From NCBI GenBank assembly GCA_002269645.1, contig NIVC01000137.1:625177-689176 (forward strand): a DNA stretch of 64,000 nucleotides, in the 5' to 3' direction. Both the position numbers and the translations under genes were made by a program. Under the pieces are notes generated by a model that saw only the letters and a program-made list of their open reading frames with translations, was not told where the DNA came from and made no database searches. Positions 38,614 through 51,592 of the stretch are shown here, piece after piece; within the stretch, counting starts at the first letter, position 1, and every line of letters starts with the position of its first letter. This stretch comes from Macrostomum lignano. Taxonomy: Eukaryota.

Positions 38614-41194
38614 GATTTTTGATATGTTTTTTATTACAAAGTGAATTGTGAACAGATTCTGTGGTAAACATTTTAAACCACGTATTCGAGTAAAATTTAA
38701 ATTGTCTGGTTCTTCTTACCTACTCAGTGTCCTCATCATTAAATTTCAAGACACGGTTATTCTCTCTCTAAGCGTCTCTCTAATTGGTGTATTGTCGCGA
38801 AAGTTTGATAGTGAATTTTTTTTTACTTTCTGTATTCTGTTACTTTTCTGTATCTCTTTCTGTACCGATTTGAGCAATGCGCAATCACAAATTTTATTCA
38901 ATGCCAGATCTGATCATCACTAATTTGTTCTTCGTAGAAGTACTCGTAAAATTTCGAACGCTCATCGATCGATCGCCAGCTTTTTTCTGTTAATACTTGA
39001 GCGCTCGGAATTTCGTACAAGGTGTGTTTTGCTCGAGGAATTTTTGTTCCCTTGTTTTGGTTTGCTACCCTCGCGAGCTTTGGCTGTCACAAGCGCATAT
39101 GATTATCTCCTCTGGATTTGAGGCATGTATATTGACTTTCAAGTAATGCTCTATAACTGAGCACAGCTATTTATGACTTTTCCTATGCTATTTACTCTGA
39201 AAAAATACACTTCTAATTAGTGGAGTATATTTGCAATTGGTTATCGAATAAAATTCTTGATTACTGATTTGTGCTTGAGGCTGTTGGCGGAATGGAAAAC
39301 TCTGTGACTATCGACGCTCCATAGATTGAAATTGGAGAGACTGGGAAGTAACATTTGCTATATCTTATGTGTATGATTATGCAAATGCAACATTGAATGA
39401 ACCTTTTCGGTTATGCTAAGTGACTGGAATGAATTCTGTATATTGAATCTACAAATTACTTTTAGAACTGTGTTCCCGAAGGTCTTGATGACTTGATGAC
39501 TGATTTTCATTCATAGCTTACAAATTGTCGTAGCAAGGATGCTGAACTTCATTGTGGAACGGTATAGCGGGCCTTGACTGGTCAACTTCCTCAATGAGCA
39601 GCGTACGTTACGCCTCAGCGATAAAATATATCCCTTAACTTGATATTTTAAAGAATTTTCGATAACAGAAGACAAAAAATAAAAAAATAGGCTGTCCAAT
39701 AGGTTCTTTAGTTTTAATAAATAATTATAGCATTGTCACAGTGCACGTCCTTAAGACGAGTCCATTGTCCTTATAGTTTCTGACAATGAAAAACATCGCT
39801 TGGATGAAAATAATATTTTCAAAGTAGACCCTTTTTAATAACAGCTTGAGGCTGACCCCCGACATAATTGTCTGACATACTCGATTATAAGTCCCGAAAC
39901 AGGGAAAAAACACTTGAAAATTACCAACTTTTATCAATTAGAGTACCAAAGCCTCACTGAGAATACTTAAAATTCTTCTTGTAGTATATTTTTCTAGTAT
40001 TTGACGTCATTTTCATTACATTTAGTTATTATCCTAGTTCTTTTTGCTTTTGTGCTGACTAGATTCCAACTAGCAGTCATTTATATTGTCATTATTTTAA
40101 ACGTTTTTTTCAAGTGACAGACCAATTTAACATGAAAAAATCGATTAATACGTCGTTAGAGCAGCATGTGAGGCACAAAATAGTGTGATTAGAACTTTCT
40201 CTGACACTGTTAAGAGACCCAATCACTGTTTTAGTGTTGAAAATCGTGAAATTTCCTATCTCCGTAGTGTATTTTTTCCGGTGAAACCTGCCCTTAAAAC
40301 TATTTCTGAACGAAAAGCTTTATGAATATCGATAGAGCAATAAGAAAGGCACAACATATCAAAAGATGAACACTGGATCTGCCTCCTATCAAAAGCAATA
40401 ACAATTTTTGTGCTGAAAAAATTAAAACCTCCTATCTCTGTAGTGTATTTTTCGGCGAAAAGTTGCCTTCAAAACATTTACCGTAGATTTCGAGTGTTGC
40501 GTCCTTCTACTTAAGTTGTCCTAGCTTTTGCTCTGCTTTTGCGGGCTAGCGAAAATGCGTTCAACTCCTTTTATCCTTTTTAGACATCTATCATCTAACT
40601 TATCTGACTTGGCAAAATTGTCTTTACTAAAGCAGACGAGTCTGGAAACTCCCGAAAGCAAGAGAAAGAAAGCCCCTGGTTCACGATGGAGAAAAACGCT
40701 TTGTCTTGCTTTCAACATTTGACTTTGAAGATTTGTTATGATGCTACTTTCGAAATTTGTGGAAGTAGCATCAGTAGCACATTAAAAACTTTAAACATCA
40801 TAACTTATACAATTTTATTAGGGTTCTTTCAACATTTTAATTGTATATATTTAGTACCGTTGTAATATTGAAGTCGAATCATATTCATCTCCAAGCGGAG
40901 AAATTCGTTGAAAAGTATTTTAAAGCAAATAAAACAAGATTTTACGATCCATTTAAATCGTAAATAGCATTTCTTTGATCTCCGAATTGCGACCGACAAA
41001 GCCCAAGATAAAGCGCACAGAAATGCTAAGCTATTTGCTTTCCTATAGATTATGGGGTAGGACTGAACTAAAAAATTGCATTTAAAACATAAAAAGTTTG
41101 TCAACAGACTTGAAGCAAATCTTTCCAAAAACAGTCCTCATGCAGTCTTCACAGCTAGTTTTCATTTTTTCCTTTTTCAACAATAAAATTCTCA

Positions 41195-41448
41195 GACTAG
41201 CATTCTCTGGCTATCATTCTCTGGCTAGCATCATTCTCTGCATGGCTAGCATTCTCTGGCTAGCATCATTCTCTGCATGGCTAGCATTCTCTGGCTAGCA
41301 TCATTCTCTGCATGGCTAGCATTCTCTGGCTAGCATCATTCTCTGCATGGCTAGCACTCTCTGGCTAGCACTCTCTGGCTAGCACTCTCTGGCTAGCACT
41401 CTCTGACTAGCACTCTCTGGCTAGCACTCTCTGGCTAGCACTCTCTGT
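41195..41448. repeat. Minisatellite based on CTCTGGCTAGCA(T/C)T
   Basis: Tandem 14-bp core and longer composite units. Confidence 0.9.
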
Positions 41449-41764
41449 TCGACCAGATCTAAGTTTACAAAAAAGCGATACGAGCTATGCAAGTAGCTAC
41501 TATATTAGCGACACAAATTCAGATGTCAGTCAAACCAAATCAGACCACACCGCTAACTTCGAGTTAAACACATCACAGTCACTACAGGCGAGATAGTTAT
41601 TCGAGTTTGACAGCTCGACATGGGGAGGGGGGTTTCACGAAATCGAAATTTTTCACTACGTCGATGGCACCTTCCTTCACAAGCTCGAAATTTCTTTAGT
41701 AGCTTAATTTAAGTTTTCGACATTTCAAATTTTTACCTAGTGAAATAATTTGCTTTTCGATGTT

Positions 41765-42072
41765 GTGAAAGCTTGTGAAAGCTTGTGAAGGCTTATGAAA
41801 GCTTGTGAAAGCTTGTGAAGGCATATGAAAGCTTGTGAAAGCTTGTGAAGGCTTATGAAAGCTTGTGAAAGCTTGTGAAAGCTCGTGAAAGCTTGTGAAA
41901 GCTTGTGAAGGCTTATGAAAGCTTGTGAAAGCTTGTGAAAGCTCGTGAAAGCTTTTGAAAGCTTGTGAAAGCTTGTGAAAGCTTGTGAAGGCTTATGAAA
42001 GCTTGTGAAAGCTTGTGAAGGCTTGTGAAAGCTTGTGAAAGCTTGTGAAAGCTTGTGAAAGCTTGTGAAAGC
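41765..42072. repeat. 10-bp minisatellite (GAAAGCTTGT)
   Basis: About 30 tandem units. Confidence 0.95.
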
Positions 42073-42239
42073 ATCCCCTCGACATTCGATCATCTTGCGC
42101 CATTGGCCTCGCACCAGGCCAGGTAGAACTTCCCTCTTTTTCCTTTGCTTTTTGTTGAAATTATAACATTTTATGCCAAACGTGAAAAGTCTGAAAGTAA
42201 GCTTTATAATTATACTTGTAACAAATGTTGGTAAGACTA

Positions 42240-42556
42240 TAGGGGCGTCATAATACACAATAGAGGGGCGCCATAATACACAATAGAGGGGCGCCATAAT
42301 ACACAATAGAGGGGCGCCATAATACACAATAGAGGGGCGTCATAATACACAATAGAGGGGCGCCATAATACACAATAGAGGGGCGCCATACCAGTAATAC
42401 ATAATAGAGGGGCGCCATAATACACAATTGAGGGGCACCATAATACACAATTGAGGGGCGCCATAATACACAATAGAGGGGCGCCATAATACACAATAGA
42501 GGGGCGCCATAATACACAATAGAGGGGCGCCATAATACGCAACAGAGGGGCGCCAT
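42240..42556. repeat. 23-bp minisatellite (ATAGAGGGGCGCCATAATACACA)
   Basis: About 13 tandem units. Confidence 0.95.
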
Positions 42557-42777
42557 TCTGAGCAAATCGAGGGCGTGAGAACCTCTATTGGCTTTATTCA
42601 GGGGCGTCATCACCGCCAGCCACAATGGGTCGGGGGGTGGGCGGCAGTCCCCCGCCCCCGCCGCCTAAATCCCGCCCCTGTGCAGCGTTGCTAAGATTTC
42701 AAATCCTAGCAGGTCTAATGAGAGTAGAGTTAAGACAATACCATCAAAAACCTTTTATAACAAAGCTCATACACACG

Positions 42778-42786
42778 TATAAAAAG
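42778..42786 (+). promoter_or_regulatory. Candidate TATA box of lectin copy 6
   Basis: TATAAAAAG about 45 bp upstream of ATG 42828; a similar TATAAAA lies upstream of copy 3 (about 26330). Confidence 0.4.
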
Positions 42787-42827
42787 CCGACTGCGAATTA
42801 AAGATCTGGCTACAGCCTGTGATTATT

Positions 42828-43589
42828 ATGCGTGGGCTTGTCATGGAGTCCAAGCCCCTCATGGTGTTCCTTCTCGCCTTTCTGGACAGCCAGCAGCAGC
42901 CAGCCCTGGCCCAGCTGTGCCCCTCGCCATTCAGCCTTGAAGCCGGAAAATGCATATTCGTGAACAAGGTGAGGAGCTTCAGCTGGTGCGAGGCCAACCG
43001 GCAGTGCGCCATGATCGGAGGCGAGCTGCTCAACTCGTACAGCTCTCTGCAGCTGCTCAGCAGCATGCCCAGTTTCGCCTGCAGCAGCTGCCACATCTGG
43101 TTTGGAGTGACCGACTTGGCTGACGAGAGATCTTCGAGCCGATCGGGCTGGCAGTTGGTCAACGGCAACGGCGTCATGCCGCTGAATGACTCACTGTGGG
43201 GTGCTTCAACTGAGCCAAACGGAGGAACCGGAGAAAACTGCGTACTGCATTTATCCTATGGAAAAATGGGAAATTTCTATTGTTCTCGCTCACTCGGATT
43301 CACTTGCGAGTGGACTCCGAGTGCCGCTCAGCCGCTGCCAACTGCTGCCTCGTGGAAGCTGACTCGGTTTAAGCAGACCAGCTACCACGCCAGCACTGAG
43401 TACTGCTACTCTGACCTGCAGCCGGTGGCCAACTCGCTGCAGTGCATGGCGGCTGCCATCAACTCAGGCAACTGCAGACACGTGCTGTACAACAGCAAGC
43501 TGAGAGCCTGCCGCCTGCTGCTGTTCACCGACGCTCAGGTGGAGGCGGAGATCGAGACGAGCGCCGACTGGGTCAAGTTTAGCGTGTAG
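42828..43589 (+). CDS. Secreted CTLD + PAN-like protein, copy 6 (start at ATG 42828, 42843 or 42861)
   Basis: Paralog; EPN motif; hydrophobic MVFLLAFL..ALAQ leader. Confidence 0.9.
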   Translation: MRGLVMESKPLMVFLLAFLDSQQQPALAQLCPSPFSLEAGKCIFVNKVRSFSWCEANRQCAMIGGELLNSYSSLQLLSSMPSFACSSCHIWFGVTDLADERSSSRSGWQLVNGNGVMPLNDSLWGASTEPNGGTGENCVLHLSYGKMGNFYCSRSLGFTCEWTPSAAQPLPTAASWKLTRFKQTSYHASTEYCYSDLQPVANSLQCMAAAINSGNCRHVLYNSKLRACRLLLFTDAQVEAEIETSADWVKFSV

Positions 43590-46500
43590 CTATTTGAGCT
43601 TTTTGAAACGCTACATTTTTTATCGCAAAGTGATTTGCGAAAATATCTATTTAGCGTCCTAGTTATGCCCTCTAAAAGCCAGTCATTTTTCTTGATGGTC
43701 GTTATAGGCGTCTCTTTAATTGACATATGGGCGCAGAGCTGTAATCTTACTAATTTCTATCTTAAATGAAATTTATTATACAATTATTGACTTTTCTGTA
43801 TTCCGTTATATACCAAAATGTTTATTCTAAACTATTTATTGAGGCTAGCTCTGTCTGCGAATGTAGGAATTTCCTTATTAAGTCTTAGCTGTCTTTTCTA
43901 ATAGATATTCACTTCCAATAGTGCTTGACGTTATTGTGGCGCCTGACGATTTTTTTCAAAGTCAGTAATTTCCCATGGCTACCTATTTTATAGTTAAAAA
44001 GTTGATCTTGAAGAGACAGGAAAATCATCTGTGGAAGCTATGACCTTCACATTCTCACCTGTTGCCAGTTTTTAATTCAAATAAATTCAAAAGGGACATA
44101 CAGTAACTGTTGAAATCTAATCAAGCATTACTGATACATGTAAATTTGTATTCTGTTTCCATACACTTCAATAACGTGAAATGAAATCGATTTTCCACAG
44201 AAACTTTTAGCAAAGGAAAGAAGTTCACAATTACAACCTGCTCGATCGGATAACAGTACATTTTTAATTTTCTACTGCTCAATCTTCTGCTTTTCGCTTT
44301 ACGCCCAAGCACTCAACTGAAAAAAACAGAACGACAGCAGCTTTCGAAAAGCTTTTTTTACCTTTTACTGGCTATTGACACACTCTTTGGGTTTAGTTCT
44401 TGCTAAATTTAAACCACATACAACGCACGCATCCATTAAAGCAACTGTCACTAAAGAAACATAACTCTCGCTTTGGAGGTTTTTTAAGTTTTAGGCCTGT
44501 CTTGTAGGCAACACGGTTGGAGTAGAAACGAAAACTATTGTTAGAGCTGTGGTTTCAAACAAAAGCTCACTCTCGCTCTGATATTTAAACAACGGTTTGG
44601 CTTTCATGCAGCTGAGGAAAAATCCTAACAAACTTTCTGTTGATCTGTCAATCATCAGCTACGCTCTCTGGCTCTCGTACTCGACAAGCGGTGGTTGGGT
44701 GGTTGTCAATTTCTTCTTTTTTGAGAAAGCTTCCGTGAATAAAAGGTGAATTTTCCACCAAAGTGTCTTGCAAACACTTTTTCGGTAGCAGAGATATTCA
44801 CCAGAGTAATCTATTGATGAGTTTCGGCCTTTTCGGCCCCTTTCGGAAAGCCTTCGGGCCTGAGGTCTCAGAAATAAATTAATTAGAGACCTGGCCCCCC
44901 ACTCCTGTCAGATGGTCAGCCCCATGGTAGCTTGATCGTGTGGCGAGCAGTCTAGGTCCTATAGCTAAGAGAGGGACAGCGAGAGACAAGCAGGGAGAAT
45001 TTTGAAGGTAGAGATCAGCTAATCCGCAGATTAACTAACCCGCTGCCACCAGCCCGTGTGTCCTGGCTCACCACACCGGGACTCTCGAAATCGGGCTTCC
45101 AACTAGAAGGGGCTTTGCACTTACCTGCCAACGGCAACTAGTGTCTTTTGCTGTCAATCTCGAAGTCATAGCCGATGTTAAGGGACACTGCTGGGACTTG
45201 ATCGCATTGGCCATGCAGGTACAGAGGGGACTTGTGCAGGGGATTCTTGCGGTGGCGAGACTATGGGGTAGCTACATGTACTATTACATTGCTAAATACG
45301 AAGAATTGTACTTTTGGCCTTCAACGCGCCAACTAGCCTCTCATAGCGCTGATGATAGACTAACTCGAACTTCAGAGACCGCATGATTCATTACCCGAGC
45401 CGCTTGGCTAACCTAGAGTGCACAGAGTACATCTCTGGCGCCGATTTTGCACTATTGGCAATTTTGCTCACTGATTTGATAGATTGGTCGACTGAGAACC
45501 GCCTTGCCATTGGTCCACTGTAACCGGCGCCTACTAGCTTAGCTACTCATCTGAGCCATCGGCGAACAAAGAAATAAAACCGATAAAAATAACTGTTAGA
45601 TTTAACCTTCTCCTCAGATCACTTCACACTTCAGATTGAATTGGAGTCTTAGACTACTAACAGTATTATTGAATGACTTCTGCCTCAATAACAGCACTAT
45701 TGAACAAAATGAGCAAAAGTGTGCGCCTAATCCAGCTACCGAAATAGGGGACAGGTAAGGAATCACCCAATCAAGCAAGTCTAGGTAGCCTCTCACCCAA
45801 CCAATCAGAAACTCAACAGCCGGAGACCAGGTAATCCACAGTGACCGAATCGGCTTAGTGCTTTCTCAGCTGTAGGCCTGGGATGATGCTGATGTCACAA
45901 TCTTTGCAGATAGCTAGCAGGTGATGTTCTTAATCTTGATGTTCGCTGCTGACGACCGGGGGGATTCGTCCGTGATGATGATGGGGGAGTCGCGATCCGG
46001 GGATCAAGAGACGACGGTCGAGCTCCGGGAGGTCTAAGTTAGGCCAAAGTCCCAGGAGGCGGAGCAGGAGGTTGAGTCCAAGCGGGCCAAAAACACCTGT
46101 TTAAATAGCCGCCAACTGGACCGCAATTTGTTATAATGGAACACCTTGACGCTGATTGGCTGAGCCGATTTGTTATAACGCACGTCAAATTTTCTAATTG
46201 GCTGAGCTTCTTGTCACCCAAACTCACGTGACCAGAAGATCCTATCAGTTCCCTCGGGGCCATAAAAATACGACAGGTGCGGTCATAAATCACTCAAAAT
46301 CGCTACATAATGATTTATAACCTTTCGCGTAGGAATGACAAAAATTAATGAAAAAATATACATTAGAAAGCTCTTATTAGGCAGAAAGTGAAGATAATGA
46401 AGAGAAATCGCTAATCGCTAATCCCAGCGTACTTTTAAGGGTAAAACGCATAGCTGTCAAAGCTGTCACACGCTTGAGTAAACACGAACAATAGGCTCTG

Positions 46501-46899
46501 ACCTCATAAATCTTGATGGCCTGTCAAAATGATGAGAAAAAAGCTACCGCCCGCATCCTCTCAGACCATCTGGCGCCAGTCTCAGCATTGAGTGAGGCGC
46601 AGGTGGCTGTCAGACCAGCTCGAAAGCAATGATTTTTGACCCAAAAGCAGCACCTACTGTATGTTATGATAACTACAAGTCATCTAGGGCAAAATCTAGG
46701 CAATCCCGCTTTAATCTTACAACTTAAAATCTTAAGAATCTTACATAATCTAGGCAAAATCATATAACTAGTATGAATTCTAGGAAAATTACATAAAGGG
46801 AAGAAAAAATGCCCATAGCCTGTTGTTAGTAGGCTAGTAAGTTTGGAGCCCATGTGCATGAGCGTGAAGTTTGGAAAAAAGTGCGTCCTCATCATTCAC

Positions 46900-47232
46900 A
46901 GACAAGCAATAGATTCACCAGACAATCACAGACTTGCCTTAGATTCACCAGACAATCACAGACTAGCCTTAGATTCACCAGCCAATCAAAGACTCGCCTT
47001 AGATTCACCAGCCAATCACAGACTCGCCTTAGATTCACCAGCCAATCACAGACTCGCCTTAGATTCACCAGCCAATCACAGACTAGCCTTAGATTCACCA
47101 TCCAATCACAGACTAGCCTTAGATTCACCAGACAATCACAGTCTAGCCCTAGATTCACCAGACAATCACAGACTAGCCTTAGATTCACCAGACAATCACA
47201 GACTTGCCCAAATAGATTCACCAGCCAATCAC
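46900..47232. repeat. 30-bp minisatellite (TAGATTCACCAGCCAATCACAGACTCGCCT)
   Basis: About 10 tandem units. Confidence 0.95.
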
Positions 47233-47279
47233 ACAATATATACGCTCGTTTTAGAACGCAGAGAGCCGGAGACCCCTGC

Positions 47280-47760
47280 ATGCGTGCACGTGCTTGCAGA
47301 ACAGGTGGGGGGGACAGACAGCAGCAACCTGAGGGGTTAGTGCAAGCGCCTGAAAGTCAGCGATGAGGCAGTCAGTCAGAGAGTTGCAGTGCGGGCTTGC
47401 GGTGGCGCAATCGCTCGGTTGGCCGGTGCAGCAGGGCCAGGGCCAGTGGGACGGGCGCACCACGGCCCAGGGTCCCTGGACAGTGGCGGCCAGCAGCACC
47501 TGACGGCGCCGGCGCAGGGTAGCACTCAGAGGCGGAGCTCTAGCGCGGGCCATTGAGCGTTGCTCGGCAGGTGCACCGGGGTGGTGCATACGGCCATTAG
47601 CGCAGCAGCGATCGCGGCTTATAGAGCGCGTGTAGGGCCTCACTCTCGCGACTCGGTCAGCGGCACAGCCTCCAATCCGTACATGAGAATCGGGTCTACG
47701 GCCGCGCGAAACAGGCGCACCTTCAGGTTTTCTCTGGCAACTGAATTGAAGATGTTAGGA
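47280..47760 (-). mobile_element. Degenerate 3' fragment of an RTE-clade non-LTR retrotransposon ORF
   Basis: LKVRLFRAAVDPILMYGLEAVPLT and PLSATLRRRRQVLLA match C-terminal motifs of RTE-type RT ORFs; frameshifted. Confidence 0.75.
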
Positions 47761-49516
47761 GTTTTTAAATACGTAATTCTTACTATTGTTTTGTTATTTA
47801 AAAAATCCCTCAATTGCAAAATCCGCATTGTCTTTCGTACTGCTAAAGCAGGAAACATTGTTGGTTGTTTAAAGTCAAGTTGGTTGGTTGGTTGTCGCTG
47901 TGTTTTACGTGCTGGTGTCATTTACCAATTCAACTGCTCAAATGATCAGAGCATCCATCCTACATGTGGTGAAAGGCACCCTGCACACTATCTAGAACCA
48001 GAAAGCACAGGCTCAAATGGTTAGCAATCCAAACCACCTCTTATAGAATGCAATAATTGCTTCTAATTGTAAACATGGAGAACACTTCAAAAGTCATTGA
48101 CCATTGCTCATTTTGACTCGATCTAAACCTTAGATTCTATAGATCGAAGCGCTGACATTAAATCTGTCCCGGCCAGCCTTAACATTTAACTTCAACAGTG
48201 GCGCTGATCACGTTCTCCGTGTGTTCTAAGAGGGGGCACAGGCTGCAAATTCTGTGCAGTTGGCTGCAACCCCAACCGCTCGTCCCTGGACGACCTGCCT
48301 ATCGGTTACGCGGACTATAAATTTATGTACATTGTAATTACAATATTATTGCATGATTCAATTTTACACTAATATCATTATTTATTCATTCGCAACCTAT
48401 TCAGTTGTTCAAATAAACCTAAAGATGCACATTTTTTTGTGAAAAATGCGTCCTTCCATTCAACCTATGTTGATTTCGGTTTCCTTTTAAATATTTATAT
48501 GGACAGTCAACGGTCCGGACTCTCCGCATTGTAAAAGAAAAATTTAAATTAATTGCGAAATACTTTAGTATAAAAAACATTTGCAGCGTTTTGCTTACTG
48601 CGTATACGTAGCAAACAAAATAAAAGACAAAGCTGAGCAGTAAAGAATAGAAAATTAGATAGTTAGTTAGAAAAGTTTTTCTAATATTTGTGTACAATAA
48701 AATAATTTAAAATCATTCCAAATCTGAAATATGATTCATGTCCTGTTACCTGTATTTAGTGTATTACCTGTATTGCACTGTACTGTACGGCTCTACTGGG
48801 GTCACTGTTACAAAATTATAGCTGAATTTTATCCTCTGTGTAGCTTCACTTGCATTCTTGTACTTATTTTTAAAACATCATTATGTTTACTGCACCATAA
48901 AAGCAGAAACATATAGGCATAGCCTAGCTGCGGGCTGCCTAGGTGATATTTTTAGTCTTGATCTGCGATGCTATAATATAACACTAGGCCTAACTAAAAA
49001 TAAAATGAGCTGAAATTTTAAAGGAAGTGTAGTGCTTATTCCAAATATTTGGTAAGAAAGCAACTTCACGGTACACAATTTTAAGTGCACTATATTTTTA
49101 TGTAGCAGTTTGTCTGTTACACTCATTTATACATTTATAAAATTATAGGCAACTTCGCATTAGGCCCTACTAAAGGCCTACTATTTTACAGTAGGCTAGA
49201 ATTAAGACACAAAAGCTTATGAACAGTCATTTATCTATACATTTTGCATTTAAAAAGCAAAGTAGACATAATATAGTATGCAATGCCCAATGCAATAGGC
49301 AATACTCTAAAATTAAAAAAGCATTAAAAATAATAAATATGATAATTTTAATCATAACCAACCAAACAAATTGTAAAAAAAACAAGCAATAAAAACAAAA
49401 TAGCAAAAAACAAGTAAAAACAAACAGTTTTGAAATATGCCATAAAGTTTTGATAATAATATATTTATAAACCTAGTTAATGTAAAAGCTAAAAAGTATA
49501 TATAAATTAGGTGTAA

Positions 49517-50105
49517 GACCAAGATGGCCACACACCAAGATGGCCATAGCCACAACATTAAATCTCTATTATATCTGCTTTCTCTCTAACAATAATTAGC
49601 AACTTAATAGCTATTGTTTTATTATCATAGTTTGATAGTCATGCAATATTTTGTTTTAATCAATCATATTTATAAATATTGATACAATAAATAGATTTGA
49701 AACCAATTAATCATAATATAAAAATATGAATCTTTTTAGTTTCTGTGCCAATTTATTCCCATAAGGCCATATATATTAAATATATTATTAGTTTATTAAG
49801 AAACCATTGCTAATAATAATGCTATGCAAAAATGAGATAAAAATGCAACTAGGTATTTATTTTATGCTTGGCTACTTGCTTTATTTAGTAAATAAACATA
49901 TATAGGTCAAGCCAAAATAAAAGCTAGGCCTAAAAACAAAGGGAATGATTATAATGTAATATAATTCTATTTTAGCATCTATCTTTCTAATTATTACCAA
50001 TAGGAAAATGGAAATGAATGAAATATATAGACCTATACTTATTATTATTTTATTTAATTTAGATATTTAGATCTGTGGCCATCTTGGTGTATGGCTATCT
50101 TGGTC
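49517..50105. repeat. 30-bp inverted repeats flanking about 530 bp of AT-rich DNA (MITE-like)
   Basis: GACCAAGATGGCCACACACCAAGATGGCCA (49517-49546) vs the reverse complement of 50076-50105, 28/30 identical. Confidence 0.6.
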
Positions 50106-51592
50106 ATGTGCCATAAATTATGCTTTTGCATTTGCATTGCAAATGCTTTTGCATTATGCAAGTCACTATTGGATGGAATAGTAGTCATGTGACTACTCTC
50201 AGCCAATAGCAACTTACATGTGTGTGTTGCCAATAGAAGTGGCCAAGTGATTCCCAAGGTTGTGCATGTATGATTGAAATAATTTTTTTAAATGCATAGA
50301 TGCTCATTAAGGGTCTAGCAAAAATTACCAAGGGGTCACCCTCCAAGGTACAGGTCCAAGATATACCTGCTATAATATTAAATGCCATTTTATTATATAC
50401 CTTTTAACAATTTATTGCTTCTCTATAAAACAATTCTTGTGCTTTTGAACAGTGTATATTTGATTTTTGTGTTTTTAGGTAGACAAGCAAAAAGCAATAT
50501 TTGTTTCTATCTATTTTTTAGTTTTTTTAAATTGATTTAATAGATACCTTAACAATGCCCTGTGCATTTGGTTTCTAGAGTAGGATATAATTTTTGTATA
50601 AAATCCTAGATATATTATATGTATGCTTACAAATACTTGATGTGCACTTAATGTGTGCATTTCTAGTAAAAATTTAAATGTATAGAATCAGTGACCATAA
50701 CATAAGACAAATTTGTGTCAAATATAAAAATGATACATTAAGGCAAAATTTTTAAACCTAATACAAAATGAATTTCAAGACTCCAAAAATGCAAAAACAA
50801 GCAAACCATTGATTCTTTGAATTCAACTATATTGTTTTGCTTGCAGCATTTTTGCATTTGTTGCTCATGATAAAAGCAGACATTGCTTAATAAAACATTT
50901 TTACATGCCCAAATCTCACTCAATCAGATATAATGTGACAGTTTGTGAGGATTTTAAAGTCCAACTAACATGTATTGTAAATGAAAATTAGACAAGTAAG
51001 TAGAAAAGAAGTGGCCAGTTATAAGTAGACTATGAGTGAACAAAAGTGTATAACATTCTGCCACTAGTAGATACTTTTTTGGCCATTTACCTGTCCACTT
51101 ACAACCAGCCATTTTTGTCTACAGTGGTACAGACCAGACAATTTTCTTTTGCAATGCAATGCCATGGTCATTGACTCATTGTATGTAATGTGTATGCAGG
51201 ATTTTTGTGCTATTTAAACTTGTGCACATAATTTCTAGTACCAAGTATTCAAATATTTTCTGAAAGTTTAATGCTTATAAGTACATTGCACCAGAATGCA
51301 CAGATTCCTTTGCCTCTAAAAACTGTATCTAGTAAGTAAATCTATGTGTATCTCATTTAGCATGTTAGTTTGGTATGTCAATTTGACTTAATATCTTTTT
51401 TGTTACAGTAGCCATTAATTAATTTGCTATCCGGAAAATTTGGGCCTATAATGTTTTTTAGGCAATGCAAAACTTAACTAATAATATTTATATTTTCATT
51501 TCAGACTCTTGAAGAGAATCAACAAAACAATACAAATTTCTTAAATCCATATACTTACTGATCTAAATTAGAAGAATCTTCATAAGAAAACA

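Noticed and set aside
44880-46300. Possible retroelement 5' region
   Set aside because: GC-rich and promoter-like, but no RT, gag or LTR feature could be identified
46843-47366. Repeat ORFs in three frames
   Set aside because: 30-bp minisatellite artefacts
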